The translations under genes were made by a program, and so were the position numbers. Positions 1 through 8,706 of a stretch of 64,000 nt of DNA are shown one piece after another. This DNA comes from Eubacteriales bacterium (GTDB taxonomy: Bacteria; Bacillota; Clostridia; Oscillospirales; CAG-382): NCBI GenBank assembly GCA_045595785.1, contig JAZOBE010000009.1, positions 5,017-69,016 on the forward strand, written 5' to 3'. Within the stretch, counting starts at the first letter, position 1, and every line of letters starts with the position of its first letter. The notes beneath the pieces were generated by a model. The model was not told the DNA's origin and made no database searches. It worked only from the letters and a program-made list of their open reading frames with translations.

Positions 1-546
1 AAGCATCCCGCGGCGTACCTTATTACATACGAATCCGTTACCCCCAACGGTACCACCCATTATCTGAGCGAGGGTATTGACGCAGACGGAAACGCTTACC
101 ACAAATATGAGGGTGTTGAATACGTTTATATCAAGAACCCCGAATATACTACTCTTAAACAATATGATGAATACGTAAACAACGGCAGAGGCTGGGTTGC
201 AGGCGACAAAGAGGTTATGGGCGGCGCTCCTTACGAAATGTCCTTTATCTACACCTACGCAAAATACAACCTCAAAGCCACCAACTGCACCATGAAGAAA
301 AACGCCAACGAGACTCTTGCAGGCAGAGACTGCTATTCCTACTCTATCGTAGTACACCAGAGCGGCTCATCCTCCGTTACCGAAAAGTATTCCTATGAGG
401 TGCTTATCGACGTTGAGACCGGATACTGCTTAAAGAGCGTTTGCACCAAAATAGACTCTCCCTTTGATACTTCTGAGACTCCTTACGGCTTTATCTGCAC
501 CGAGTTTAATACTAACCCTGCAAGCTTTGCTGACCTTGTAAAATAA
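1..546 (+). CDS. hypothetical protein, C-terminal part (5' end lies outside the window)
   Basis: Frame 1 is open from base 1 to the stop at 544-546. No motif recognised. Confidence 0.5.
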   Translation, partial: KHPAAYLITYESVTPNGTTHYLSEGIDADGNAYHKYEGVEYVYIKNPEYTTLKQYDEYVNNGRGWVAGDKEVMGGAPYEMSFIYTYAKYNLKATNCTMKKNANETLAGRDCYSYSIVVHQSGSSSVTEKYSYEVLIDVETGYCLKSVCTKIDSPFDTSETPYGFICTEFNTNPASFADLVK

Positions 547-563
547 ATTATTCGGAGAAAGCA

Positions 564-1466
564 ATGCAATTATTCAAAAACAAATGGTTCATAATCGGCG
601 TGGCGTGCGGTATCGCAGTTGCGGTTATTCTGATACTTTGCCTTGGCGGAAATAATCCCCCCGCAAACGAAAGCAGTGTTTCCGAGGATAGCATACCGGA
701 AGTGAGCAAGTCCGAAACAAGCTTGCCGGAAACAAGTGAAAACGATATGAGCGAGAGTTCGGAAGCAAGCGAGGAGGAAGCCCTCCCGGAAGCAAGCGAA
801 AGCGACGTTAGCGAGGAAACATCTGAGGACCAAAGCGTTCCCGAAGAAAGCAAACCCGAGGAAAGTAAGCCTGAGGAAAGTAAACCCGAGGAGAGCAAAC
901 CCGAGGAGAGCAAACCTGAAGTCAGCGCTCCTGAAGTCAGCGTTCCCGAGGTCAGCGTTCCCGAAGCAAGCGAGCCCGAAGCAAGCGAGCCGGAAGTGAG
1001 TGAACCCGATTATGCGCAAATGATTGTGGGTTTTTGGACTAACGTTGTCCGCGTCTATTATGAAGAAGGCAGTGATAATCTGGAAACTTATCATTATATG
1101 TTCAACGCAGACGGCACGGGATATTCCGATTACCGTTGTTACACCTATTACGCCGATATCCCCGAAGGAGATTATGCAGACGGCTGGTCTTTGGCAGGCA
1201 TGGGATACATGACTTCGGATTTCACCTACGTTATCGAAGGAGATAAGCTTATAATTACTTATCCGCCCCACGGTCAAAATGAAGACGACCCCGAATACAG
1301 CAGAGGATATACCACAGAAGTGGATTTTTCCTTTGATGAAAAGGGATTCCTGATATTAGGCATCCGCAATAACACTGCTTATGCCAAAGGTAACTACACC
1401 CTTAAAGAGCTGTGTGAGGCATTCGGCGTGGATTATACAGTAAAAAAGTTTGACCCCGAGTGGTAA
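564..1466 (+). CDS. membrane-anchored protein with acidic Ser/Glu/Pro-rich repeat linker
   Basis: 300 aa. RBS GGAGAAAG lies upstream of the ATG. N-terminal TM helix FIIGVACGIAVAVILILCL, then an ESKPE/VSxPE/ASEPE repeat tract, then a globular C-terminal half. Confidence 0.7.
   Translation: MQLFKNKWFIIGVACGIAVAVILILCLGGNNPPANESSVSEDSIPEVSKSETSLPETSENDMSESSEASEEEALPEASESDVSEETSEDQSVPEESKPEESKPEESKPEESKPEESKPEVSAPEVSVPEVSVPEASEPEASEPEVSEPDYAQMIVGFWTNVVRVYYEEGSDNLETYHYMFNADGTGYSDYRCYTYYADIPEGDYADGWSLAGMGYMTSDFTYVIEGDKLIITYPPHGQNEDDPEYSRGYTTEVDFSFDEKGFLILGIRNNTAYAKGNYTLKELCEAFGVDYTVKKFDPEW
846..1010 (+). repeat. 15-nt periodic in-frame tandem repeat (ESKPE x5, VSxPE x3, ASEPE x2, VSEPD)
   Basis: Direct reading of the DNA and its translation inside CDS 564-1466. 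Confidence 0.85.
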
Positions 1467-1470
1467 AAAA

Positions 1471-1496
1471 AGGACACGAGTAATCGTGTCCTTTTT
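1471..1496 (+). terminator. rho-independent terminator
   Basis: AGGACACG-agtaat-CGTGTCCT followed by TTTT, directly after the stop at 1466. Confidence 0.7.
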
Positions 1497-1500
1497 CGTG

Positions 1501-1574
1501 TTGCGTTTTTGGAACGCGGGGCCCCCGAGAAACCGCAGGTTTCTTGGGGTGCTTTCTGCGCCGAATGAACGCGC
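1501..1574. repeat. short mosaic palindromic element (boundary motif + P1 hairpin + terminal motif)
   Basis: TGCGTTTTTGG, then the P1 hairpin GGGGCCCCCGAGAAACCGCAGGTTTCTTGGGGTG (1518-1551), then CTTTCTGCGCCGAATGAACGCGC. All three modules recur elsewhere in the window. Confidence 0.8.
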
Positions 1575-1582
1575 TCCTATTT

Positions 1583-3481
1583 TTACCATATTACTATACG
1601 TTTTTCGGGGGCGAGATACATCTTATCGGTTTCCTTGATGTCAAAAGCGGAATACCATTCGGAGAAGTTTCTGGGAGGCATATTAGCACGGAGGAGGCAG
1701 GGACCGTGAACGTCAACAGACAAAAGCATCTGCTGATATTCGGGACGTGCCTTCTGGCACCATACTCTTGCCCAGTTGGAGAAATACTCGGTATAAGATG
1801 AGTTTTCGGTGTCTGCCATAATATCCAGAGTTACGGACATACCGCCGTTATCTGCCATATTCTCGCTTACGATAAAGGCGCCGTTTACCTTGCCCCAGGG
1901 AAGCTCGATACCGTCGAACTGCTCTATCATCTGCTGTACCTTTGCTTCGAAGCGCTTGAAATCGTCCTCGGTCCACCAATCGTTGATGTTACCGTTTTCA
2001 TCGCACTTTGCACCGTTTGAGTCAAATGCGTGGGAGATCTCGTGGCCGATAACCGCGCCGATACCGCCCAAATTCTCACTTCTGGTCTGCTTGAGAGAAT
2101 AGAAGGGAGCCTGCAGAATAGCCGCAGGGAAGGTTATATCGTTAACGAAAGGATCGTAGCAGGCGTTTACCATATGGCCGGGCATTGCCCAGTTTTCGGG
2201 CTCGGTAGGCATATCCAGCTTGCTGAGCGAATCCAGTTCTCTTACAGCCTTAAGAGAAAGAACTATATCAAAGAGAGAAGCGTCGGTATCAAATACCATT
2301 TTTTCGTATACTGCTCTCACCTTGTCGGGATAACCCATCTTAACACCCATGGTGGAAAGCTTGAGGATAGCCTTTTCACGGGTAGCCTCACCGAGTATCT
2401 CGTTGGTCTTGATGCGTTCCTTATATTTATTTATTATCTGATAAACTATCTCGGTAATATCCTTCTTTGCTTCTTCGCCGAAGTATTTTTCGCCGTAATA
2501 GATACCAACGGGCTCGGAATATATACCGGAAGCAAGGTTATATGCAAACTTTTCAATAGACTGCATCTTTGCAACGCCCATAAGAGCGCGGCTGTACATA
2601 CCGCCCATATCACGCAGCTCCTCGGAAAGGAAGTTGCAGGCGCGAAGCAGCCCGGTAACGTATGCCCAGTGCTTGTATGCTTCAAGAGTGTCCTCGTTAA
2701 GCACGGTTGCAAAAGCGCCGAAGAATCTGGGCTCGGTAACAACAACGGTTTCGGGCACCTTGCCGAAAAGGTCGGTAAGAACAGAGTTAAGCTCTACGGT
2801 AGACAGCATCTCGGCTACCTTTGCGGTATCCATGGGGTTATACATCTCAACGTATCTGGACCATTCTTCCTGAGTCTTTACAAGTCCGCCCAGAATTTCG
2901 TCAAACCGGAGTGCGTCGTTAACGTACTGCTCCTGCTTTTCGGGGTCAAGGTCGGTCTTTGCCATAACGGCCTTCGCAACGTTTGACCAGATACCCAAAA
3001 GCTGTGCTTTCTGTGCAGCCATTTCTGGCTTGTAATAGGATGCGTCGGGCAGAATAACGCCTGCGCCCTGAATATAAACCAGACGGCGCTTGGTGTTCTT
3101 CATATCGGTATCAACACCGATGCTGACGGGAGTGGGAATTCCGTTAAGAGACAGAGTCTTGTACAAACGGCTGAAATCGCCCAGAGTCTTTACCTCGTCA
3201 AGAACAGACAGCGCTTTAAGCGCGGGAGCAATACCCTGCTGCTCCTTACGGTCAGCATCCTTTGCGATAGCGTACAATTCGCAAGCTCTCTTAAGATACT
3301 CGTTGGGATAAGACTTGCTCTCAGCCATAGCCTCAAATTCGCCCATCATTATTTTTTCAACGCTGTCCGCAAGGGCGTTGAAGCCGCCTGCGCAGGGCTT
3401 GTCATCGGGAATGACCAGCTTTTCCAGAGTCTCTTGGTTGACAAACATATAAAGATCGTCTTGTATTCTTATGTTTTCCAT
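1583..3481 (-). CDS. pepO: M13 family zinc metallopeptidase (PepO / neprilysin-like endopeptidase)
   Basis: 632 aa. Zinc motif VIGHEISHAFD (HExxH) and ENMADNGG are present. RBS AGGAGG lies 7 nt upstream of the ATG. Confidence 0.9.
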   Translation of the reverse strand: MENIRIQDDLYMFVNQETLEKLVIPDDKPCAGGFNALADSVEKIMMGEFEAMAESKSYPNEYLKRACELYAIAKDADRKEQQGIAPALKALSVLDEVKTLGDFSRLYKTLSLNGIPTPVSIGVDTDMKNTKRRLVYIQGAGVILPDASYYKPEMAAQKAQLLGIWSNVAKAVMAKTDLDPEKQEQYVNDALRFDEILGGLVKTQEEWSRYVEMYNPMDTAKVAEMLSTVELNSVLTDLFGKVPETVVVTEPRFFGAFATVLNEDTLEAYKHWAYVTGLLRACNFLSEELRDMGGMYSRALMGVAKMQSIEKFAYNLASGIYSEPVGIYYGEKYFGEEAKKDITEIVYQIINKYKERIKTNEILGEATREKAILKLSTMGVKMGYPDKVRAVYEKMVFDTDASLFDIVLSLKAVRELDSLSKLDMPTEPENWAMPGHMVNACYDPFVNDITFPAAILQAPFYSLKQTRSENLGGIGAVIGHEISHAFDSNGAKCDENGNINDWWTEDDFKRFEAKVQQMIEQFDGIELPWGKVNGAFIVSENMADNGGMSVTLDIMADTENSSYTEYFSNWARVWCQKARPEYQQMLLSVDVHGPCLLRANMPPRNFSEWYSAFDIKETDKMYLAPEKRIVIW

Positions 3482-3561
3482 AAAATCCTCCTATTATATA
3501 TAGTGAAGTATGTGTCAGGGATATTATACAGCAGTAAATGCAAAAAGACAAGAAAAATTGA

Positions 3562-4086
3562 TTATTTAATCGTCTGTTCCTCGGCGCGGAGAGATTCGGT
3601 TGTGTGTGCGTGGCTGAATATTTCTTTTGGAATGTATTTTTTAAGAAATTCGTTCCACTCATCATTATCACAGCCATAATGGTGTGAATTTATTTTGGTA
3701 CCGTTCTCGTCAAAGCTCTGTCCGTAACCGTCGCAGGAAAGCAGCTCAAAGGAGCCGTCAGAATAATTAATGCGAACCGTCCACGTATCGTAGCTGAAAC
3801 TGGGATCCACCGCGGCAAGCACAATAAAAATATGGTCGGAAAATCGGATATCCGAAAGGTCTTTCAAGAAATCGGAAACTTTTTCTTCGGGTATGGTGTA
3901 GTCCGATTCCTCGGTTTCCAGAAAATAGCTCTCATAAGTATCCACCTTGCACAGATCATATATTTCTATGGAAGAAACCGTGTCGGCATCAATTTTGAAA
4001 TGTTTATATTGAGGGATAATTATACAGCCCGTAAGACTGTTCATAACAAAAACAAGCAACAGAACAAAAAATACGATTCTTTTCAT
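3562..4086 (-). CDS. hypothetical lipoprotein
   Basis: 174 aa. Signal peptide with lipobox LTGC (MKRIVFFVLLLVFVMNSLTGC). Lies in an AT-rich region. Confidence 0.6.
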   Translation of the reverse strand: MKRIVFFVLLLVFVMNSLTGCIIIPQYKHFKIDADTVSSIEIYDLCKVDTYESYFLETEESDYTIPEEKVSDFLKDLSDIRFSDHIFIVLAAVDPSFSYDTWTVRINYSDGSFELLSCDGYGQSFDENGTKINSHHYGCDNDEWNEFLKKYIPKEIFSHAHTTESLRAEEQTIK

Positions 4087-4292
4087 ATATTATTTCCTTT
4101 AAGAGTTTTACAGCTTGCAATTAACATTCGTCTGATACGGCCGCAAAGATTTCTGTGTTTTTTAAAAGTAACCTCGTCAATAGCCTTTGTGTTAAACAGC
4201 AGTTGCAACCATCCTTCTAAAAAGTATTATATCACAAAAAAGTAATAACCGCAATATTTTATCAAGATTACGTTATTCTTTGGCTAATAACC

Positions 4293-4757
4293 CTAATTAT
4301 GATACAATTTTTTCACAATGGTTACATTGCCGGAATCATCTGTTTCAAAATGGGCATCAAAACAAAATCTTTTGTCCCACGCCCTTACGCTAAACGTAAA
4401 ATCTTTAAGATCATGATAACCAAACTTAAGCCTCAAAGAATTGTAAGTCAAGTCATCCAAAGCAGCAGTCTCAATCTCGCCACCAAAACGGTTCATCCCG
4501 TCTTTGTAAAATTCAATAGCAGCCTTTTCTGCATTTATAAAAGAGGAAATATAGCTTATCAAATCGTCTTTTGAAGATGTATCTCTATGTTGTGTCGCAA
4601 AAAACAAAAGATATTTGTAGTAATCATCAGGGAAATAGTGCACCACTATCGGGAAATCAAACAGACTGTTTCTTATATAGACGGTTTCTACATCTTTTTC
4701 AAAACAAATTTCAACAACATATTTTGAAAATAATTCTTTCAAAAAATCAAAGTGCAT
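4293..4757 (-). CDS. hypothetical cytoplasmic protein
   Basis: The ORF track gives 4293-4805. I prefer the internal ATG at 4757 (MHFDFLKE...) because AAGGAGGAG lies 6 nt upstream of it. Confidence 0.55.
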   Translation of the reverse strand: MHFDFLKELFSKYVVEICFEKDVETVYIRNSLFDFPIVVHYFPDDYYKYLLFFATQHRDTSSKDDLISYISSFINAEKAAIEFYKDGMNRFGGEIETAALDDLTYNSLRLKFGYHDLKDFTFSVRAWDKRFCFDAHFETDDSGNVTIVKKLYHN

Positions 4758-4837
4758 GTCGGCTCCTCCTTTTTTCTTAATTATAACACAAAATACAAAA
4801 ACCACAATCCCTTTGTATCAGCATTGCGGTTTATGTT

Positions 4838-5092
4838 TGGCGGAGAAGGAGGAATTTGAATTCTCGCCTACCAACCCGTTCAAATCCTCTCGTATCAGCC
4901 AAAACAAAAAGGACAGGCGTTCTCTCTTTCTTTGTTTGGCTAAAGCTTTTTGCCCGGGATTTGAATTCTCGCCTGCGGGCTCGGTCAGGGTCGGGTCTGA
5001 CTTGCCACCGGCAAGTCATTCAACACCGACCCGTTCAAATCCTCTCGTATCTGCCAAAACGAAAAAGCAGGCATTAAGCCTGCTTTTCGTTT
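4838..5092 (-). other. degenerate tRNA-derived units (partial copies of the tRNA-Ser 3' end plus a 32-nt direct repeat)
   Basis: 4838-4867 matches the 3' 30 nt of tRNA-Ser(GCU) (5093-5122) at 27 of 30 positions. ATTTGAATTCTCGCCT recurs at 4855-4870 and 4959-4974. ACCCGTTCAAATCCTCTCGTATCNGCCAAAAC recurs at 4874-4905 and 5029-5060 (31 of 32). No cloverleaf can be folded. Confidence 0.6.
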
Positions 5093-5182
5093 TGGCGGAG
5101 AAGGAGGGATTTGAACCCTCGCGCCGGTTACCCGACCTACACCCTTAGCAGGGGCGCCTCTTCACCACTTGAGTACTTCTCC
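5093..5182 (-). tRNA. tRNA-Ser (anticodon GCU), encoded CCA
   Basis: Minus-strand read GGAGAAGTACTCAAGTGGTGAAGAGGCGCCCCTGCTAAGGGTG...GAGGGTTCAAATCCCTCCTTCTCCGCCA. It has a 7-bp acceptor stem, anticodon loop CTGCTAA, a long variable arm and a T-loop TTCAAAT. Confidence 0.9.
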
Positions 5183-5239
5183 GTAGGAAATTAAATTGTA
5201 AATCTTTTGCCGTTTGCCATTGTGGGGTGGTCTTTTTTC

Positions 5240-5273
5240 GGGGTCCCCGAGAAACCGAAGGTTTCTTGGGGTG
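5240..5273 (+). repeat. P1 hairpin module between the two tRNA genes
   Basis: GGGGTCCCCGAGAAACCGAAGGTTTCTTGGGGTG. Confidence 0.85.
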
Positions 5274-5282
5274 ATTGTCTTT

Positions 5283-5371
5283 TGGCGGAGAGAGTGGGAT
5301 TCGAACCCACGGCCCGTTGCCGGGTCACTGGTTTTCAAGACCAGCTCCTTAAACCGCTCGGACATCTCTCC
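5283..5371 (-). tRNA. tRNA-Ser (anticodon UGA), encoded CCA
   Basis: Minus-strand read GGAGAGATGTCCGAGCGGTTTAAGGAGCTGGTCTTGAAAACCAG...GTGGGTTCGAATCCCACTCTCTCCGCCA. It has anticodon loop CTTGAAA and a long variable arm. Confidence 0.9.
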
Positions 5372-5470
5372 GTAAAGGTGCAAATAGAAATATAACACAA
5401 GTAAAGGGTTTTGTCAACTGTTTTTTTGTAAACAAAGGCGAAAAATTATTACAAAACTGTTTCAAATGCG

Positions 5471-5499
5471 TTGACAAATTAAAGCCGCTGTGTTATTAT
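5471..5499 (+). promoter_or_regulatory. sigma-A type promoter (TTGACA-17-TATTAT with TGn extension)
   Basis: TTGACA at 5471-5476, 17-nt spacer, TATTAT at 5494-5499 preceded by TGT. Lies about 80 nt upstream of the 5577 ATG. Confidence 0.55.
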
Positions 5500-5576
5500 G
5501 TCTACATGACAATGGGTGTATTATCCTCGCCCTGAAACATTATGTAAATTAAAAATACATAAAAGGAGAAAAACAA

Positions 5577-8438
5577 ATGAAAAAAGCATTATCTCTTGTG
5601 CTCAGCTTGGTAATGGTTCTTTCGCTCTGCTCCGCATTCGGACTTGCAGTAAGCGCAGAAGAATCCGTTAACCTGGCAGCAGGTAAGTCCTACACTTATC
5701 CCACTGAAAGTCTTTATAAGCATTGGGATGCAAAGTGGGAAGTAAGCACCAAGGCTGACGTTGTTCTTACCGACGGCGACATAAGCGGCACTTACTATGG
5801 CGAAGGCATGTTCAATGGCTGGTCCAGCGCAGATATCGAGATCGTTGTTGACCTTGAAGCTGCTGCAAGCGTTGAATCCTTCAAGTTCTACGCATACGGC
5901 GGCAAAGACGGTATTTCCGAACCCGCTTCCATCGACATGAGCGTATCCGTAGACGGCGAAAACTGGACTGCAGTTAAATGCACTACCGACGTCGCTAAGA
6001 CCGAAGCTATCACCACTTGGGGTGAAGGCGGCGCATACAACTACGTATTCACCATGACTGCAGCTTCTGCAGTTGAGGCTCGTTACGTTAAGTACGCAAT
6101 CACCAGAAGCGGTCCTTTCATTTTCTGTCAGGAACTTGAAGTTTGGGGCGCAGCTCCTTCCGCAGCTCCCGAAGCAAAGACCCTTAACGTAGACGTAGTT
6201 AACTACTATGACTGGACCGATACCAACTTTGGTGGCGATCTTGGTTCTACTGCTCTTTCCGCAGGTCACATCGTTATGGCTGTTTCCGACACCGCTTCTA
6301 CCATTCCCGACAAGATAGGCGGCCCTTGGTTTACCTGGTGGTACAAGGTTCTGGCAGTTTGGGACGACGCAGCTAAGGCTTACGTTGTAACCGCTACCGA
6401 AGCATCCGGTACATCCGAATACGAGACCTGGACTCTCGGTGAAAACACTATCGCATTCATGTGCAATCTCAGCTTCTCCTCTTCCGAAGTTGCAGGCAAC
6501 GCAGATGACGCTGCTGTACTTGCCGGAATAGTTGTTGGCGATAAGATCACCATTAACGGCACCGATTGGGCAACCCTCGCAGCTACCTCCGGCGCTCTTA
6601 CCGGTGTTTCTCTCGGCATTAACGTTCCCGCTGAAGGCGGAAACGGCGGCACCGTTGTTATCACCAAGGGTGACAACGTTGCTCTTAACAAGACCTATAC
6701 CCTTTCCGGCTGCGGCGAGCGTGCTGCTTACTATGCAAAGCTTACCGACGGCGCTGCTAAGGATTCTATTTCTTACGATAGCAACGAATGGTTCGGCTTC
6801 TACTGCAACGGTGATGACGCTTCCGTTATCAACGCTCCCGACAAGCTCGGTACCGTTGTTATCGACCTCGGCAAGGTTACCGATCTTCACTCTGTAAGAC
6901 TCAACACCGTTAACAACACCGGTTCCGGTATCCCTGCTCCCGAATACATCAAGGTTTCCGTTTCTGATGACGGCGAGACCTATGGTGAAGCAGTTGAACT
7001 TCCCGTTCAGACTGTTGAAGACACTGCTTACTGGACCGAAGCTAACCTTTCCGGCAGCGGCCGTTACGTTAAGGTTGAAATTAAGCTCGGCGGCACCTTC
7101 GCATTCATCAATGAAATCGAAGTTTACGAAGCAGTTAAGACCATCGTTAACGACGGTCCTCAGGTTATCGTAGAAAAGATCACCGTAGACGGCGACCTTA
7201 CCGATACCGGTTGGAACAGCAAGGGCTGGACCAAGGTTTCCGGCAAGAACGGTTCTTGGCAGTATCCTACTCTTAAAGAAGTATCTGAAGGCGCTGAGAT
7301 CCCCACCTTCTCTTACAAGTATCAGCTCCGTGCTGACGACACCAAGCTTTACGGCGCACTTGTTCTTGACGGCGTTCACGAAGTAGTTGACGGCGAAGCT
7401 AAGAACATCAAGGTTCGTATCTGGTTCAGAGACAACGATGAAGCTACCGTATACTCCAGCTTCTATGATTTCGTTCTCGCTCCCGACGGAACTCTTACCA
7501 CCGCAGCTAAGTACAACACCTCTACCACTGAAAACAAGGGTGCTAACATCGAAAACACCACTCTTAACGCAGTTGCAAAGGTTGTAGACGGCAAGACCGT
7601 ATATGAATTCTCCGTAGACGTAGACGAAGTTACCGCTGACGGCAGCTTTGACTACTTCGTATGCCTCGAGCGTAAGCAGGGCGTTAACACCGGTACTCTG
7701 TACTATCCTGCAATTCCCGAGCTTAACGAAACTTCTCCTCACGGCAACCATCCTTGGCTCCTCTGGTACGTAGATAACGATGCAACCGTTAACGTAGCAG
7801 ATATCGCTCTCGGTGAGATCGTTGTTTCCGACAAGGAAGAAGCTGACACCTCTCTTATGGGCACCGCTCCCGCAGATCCCGCTTACAAGACCACCCTTTC
7901 CGTTGAAAACGGCTGGGAAGCAGGCAAGGATCTCCAGGTTAAGGTTACCATCGAGGCTCTTAAGGACGTTAACCTTGCACAGGTTATCTTCAACCTCTTC
8001 TATGACGCTAACGAAGTAACTCCCGTTCTTCCCGCAGAAGAAGATCTTGGCACTCTCGTAACCGCAGGCGCAGATTCCTGGAAGGATTCTTCCATCTTCT
8101 ACCTCGGTGAAACTGATGAAGAAGGCTACGGTCTCCTTATCGGCGCTCCCGGCACCACCAACAAGGATGATGCTCTCAACGCAGGCGATAAGATCGAGAT
8201 CACCCTTACCTTCAAGGTTCTTGATACCGCAAGCGGTCTCATCAACTTCCAGCTTTCCAATGACGAGCTTCTCGGCTACACCTACGAGACTCCCGAAGTT
8301 GCTGACGTTGCAGGCGAAGGCGCTTCTCTCGCAGTTGAAGCTGCAGTTCAGACCGGTGACGCAGGCATCTTCGTTATCGCTGCACTTGCACTCGTTGCAC
8401 TCATTGGTACCGCAGTAGTAATCAAAAAGCGCGCATAA
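5577..8438 (+). CDS. secreted cell-surface protein: two discoidin (F5/8 type C)-like carbohydrate-binding modules, a central beta-rich region, a C-terminal cohesin-like module and a C-terminal membrane anchor
   Basis: 953 aa. Signal peptide ends ..AVSAEE. Two segments end in the discoidin-type patterns RYVKYAI..FCQELEVWG and RYVKVEI..FINEIEVYE. Cohesin-like pattern LQVKVTIEALKDVNLAQVIFNLFYDANEVTPV...IEITLTFKVL. C-terminus is QTGDAG plus a hydrophobic helix plus KKRA. Confidence 0.75.
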   Translation: MKKALSLVLSLVMVLSLCSAFGLAVSAEESVNLAAGKSYTYPTESLYKHWDAKWEVSTKADVVLTDGDISGTYYGEGMFNGWSSADIEIVVDLEAAASVESFKFYAYGGKDGISEPASIDMSVSVDGENWTAVKCTTDVAKTEAITTWGEGGAYNYVFTMTAASAVEARYVKYAITRSGPFIFCQELEVWGAAPSAAPEAKTLNVDVVNYYDWTDTNFGGDLGSTALSAGHIVMAVSDTASTIPDKIGGPWFTWWYKVLAVWDDAAKAYVVTATEASGTSEYETWTLGENTIAFMCNLSFSSSEVAGNADDAAVLAGIVVGDKITINGTDWATLAATSGALTGVSLGINVPAEGGNGGTVVITKGDNVALNKTYTLSGCGERAAYYAKLTDGAAKDSISYDSNEWFGFYCNGDDASVINAPDKLGTVVIDLGKVTDLHSVRLNTVNNTGSGIPAPEYIKVSVSDDGETYGEAVELPVQTVEDTAYWTEANLSGSGRYVKVEIKLGGTFAFINEIEVYEAVKTIVNDGPQVIVEKITVDGDLTDTGWNSKGWTKVSGKNGSWQYPTLKEVSEGAEIPTFSYKYQLRADDTKLYGALVLDGVHEVVDGEAKNIKVRIWFRDNDEATVYSSFYDFVLAPDGTLTTAAKYNTSTTENKGANIENTTLNAVAKVVDGKTVYEFSVDVDEVTADGSFDYFVCLERKQGVNTGTLYYPAIPELNETSPHGNHPWLLWYVDNDATVNVADIALGEIVVSDKEEADTSLMGTAPADPAYKTTLSVENGWEAGKDLQVKVTIEALKDVNLAQVIFNLFYDANEVTPVLPAEEDLGTLVTAGADSWKDSSIFYLGETDEEGYGLLIGAPGTTNKDDALNAGDKIEITLTFKVLDTASGLINFQLSNDELLGYTYETPEVADVAGEGASLAVEAAVQTGDAGIFVIAALALVALIGTAVVIKKRA

Positions 8439-8446
8439 TTCGTTTC

Positions 8447-8695
8447 GCGTGCACATTCGGCGCAGAACCAAAAGCGCAGAATAAATAAAAAGTAAATTAG
8501 AGCTGTCTTTCACTCAATCGAGTGTGAGTCAGCTCTTTTTTGTAGAAATCCGCCTTCGTCGGATTTCATTTTTTAATTGCGCTTTTGTATAAATTTTCGC
8601 GTCGCTCGCTGTAGGTTACTACAGCTCCCGCTAGCGAAAATTCATTCTGCATCCAAATGTGTTACCCGAAACCCGCAAGCAGCGGTTTGTATGGG
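8447..8695. repeat. mosaic palindromic element (variant modules)
   Basis: Terminal motif CGGCGCAGAACCAAAAGCGCA, a strong hairpin at 8500-8540, a P5 hairpin GAAATCCG..CGGATTTC, TGCGCTTTTG, a P3 long hairpin with core GCTGTAGGTTACTACAGC, then TTCTGCATCCAAA. Confidence 0.75.
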
Positions 8696-8706
8696 TGAAT
8701 TTCTCA

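Noticed and set aside
4838-5092. Additional functional tRNA genes, or a tRNA-Sec or tmRNA-like RNA, downstream of tRNA-Ser(GCU).
   Set aside because: Only the last 30 nt or so of a tRNA are recognisable. There is no matching 5' acceptor strand, D-arm or anticodon arm, and the T-stems carry mismatches. These are reported as fragments only.
5589-8513. 974-aa ORF on the minus strand, longer than the annotated gene opposite it.
   Set aside because: It is the antisense shadow of the 953-aa surface protein gene. It has no RBS or signal and a low-complexity Cys/Val/Gly/Asn-rich translation with no motifs. The plus-strand frame has a signal peptide, domain signatures, an RBS and a promoter. The same reasoning applies to other long antisense ORFs: 570-1277, 2030-2986, 9245-10174, 10602-11582, 22633-23406, 34053-35369, 40442-41395, 46627-47580, 47926-48741, 52510-53295 and 56668-57399.
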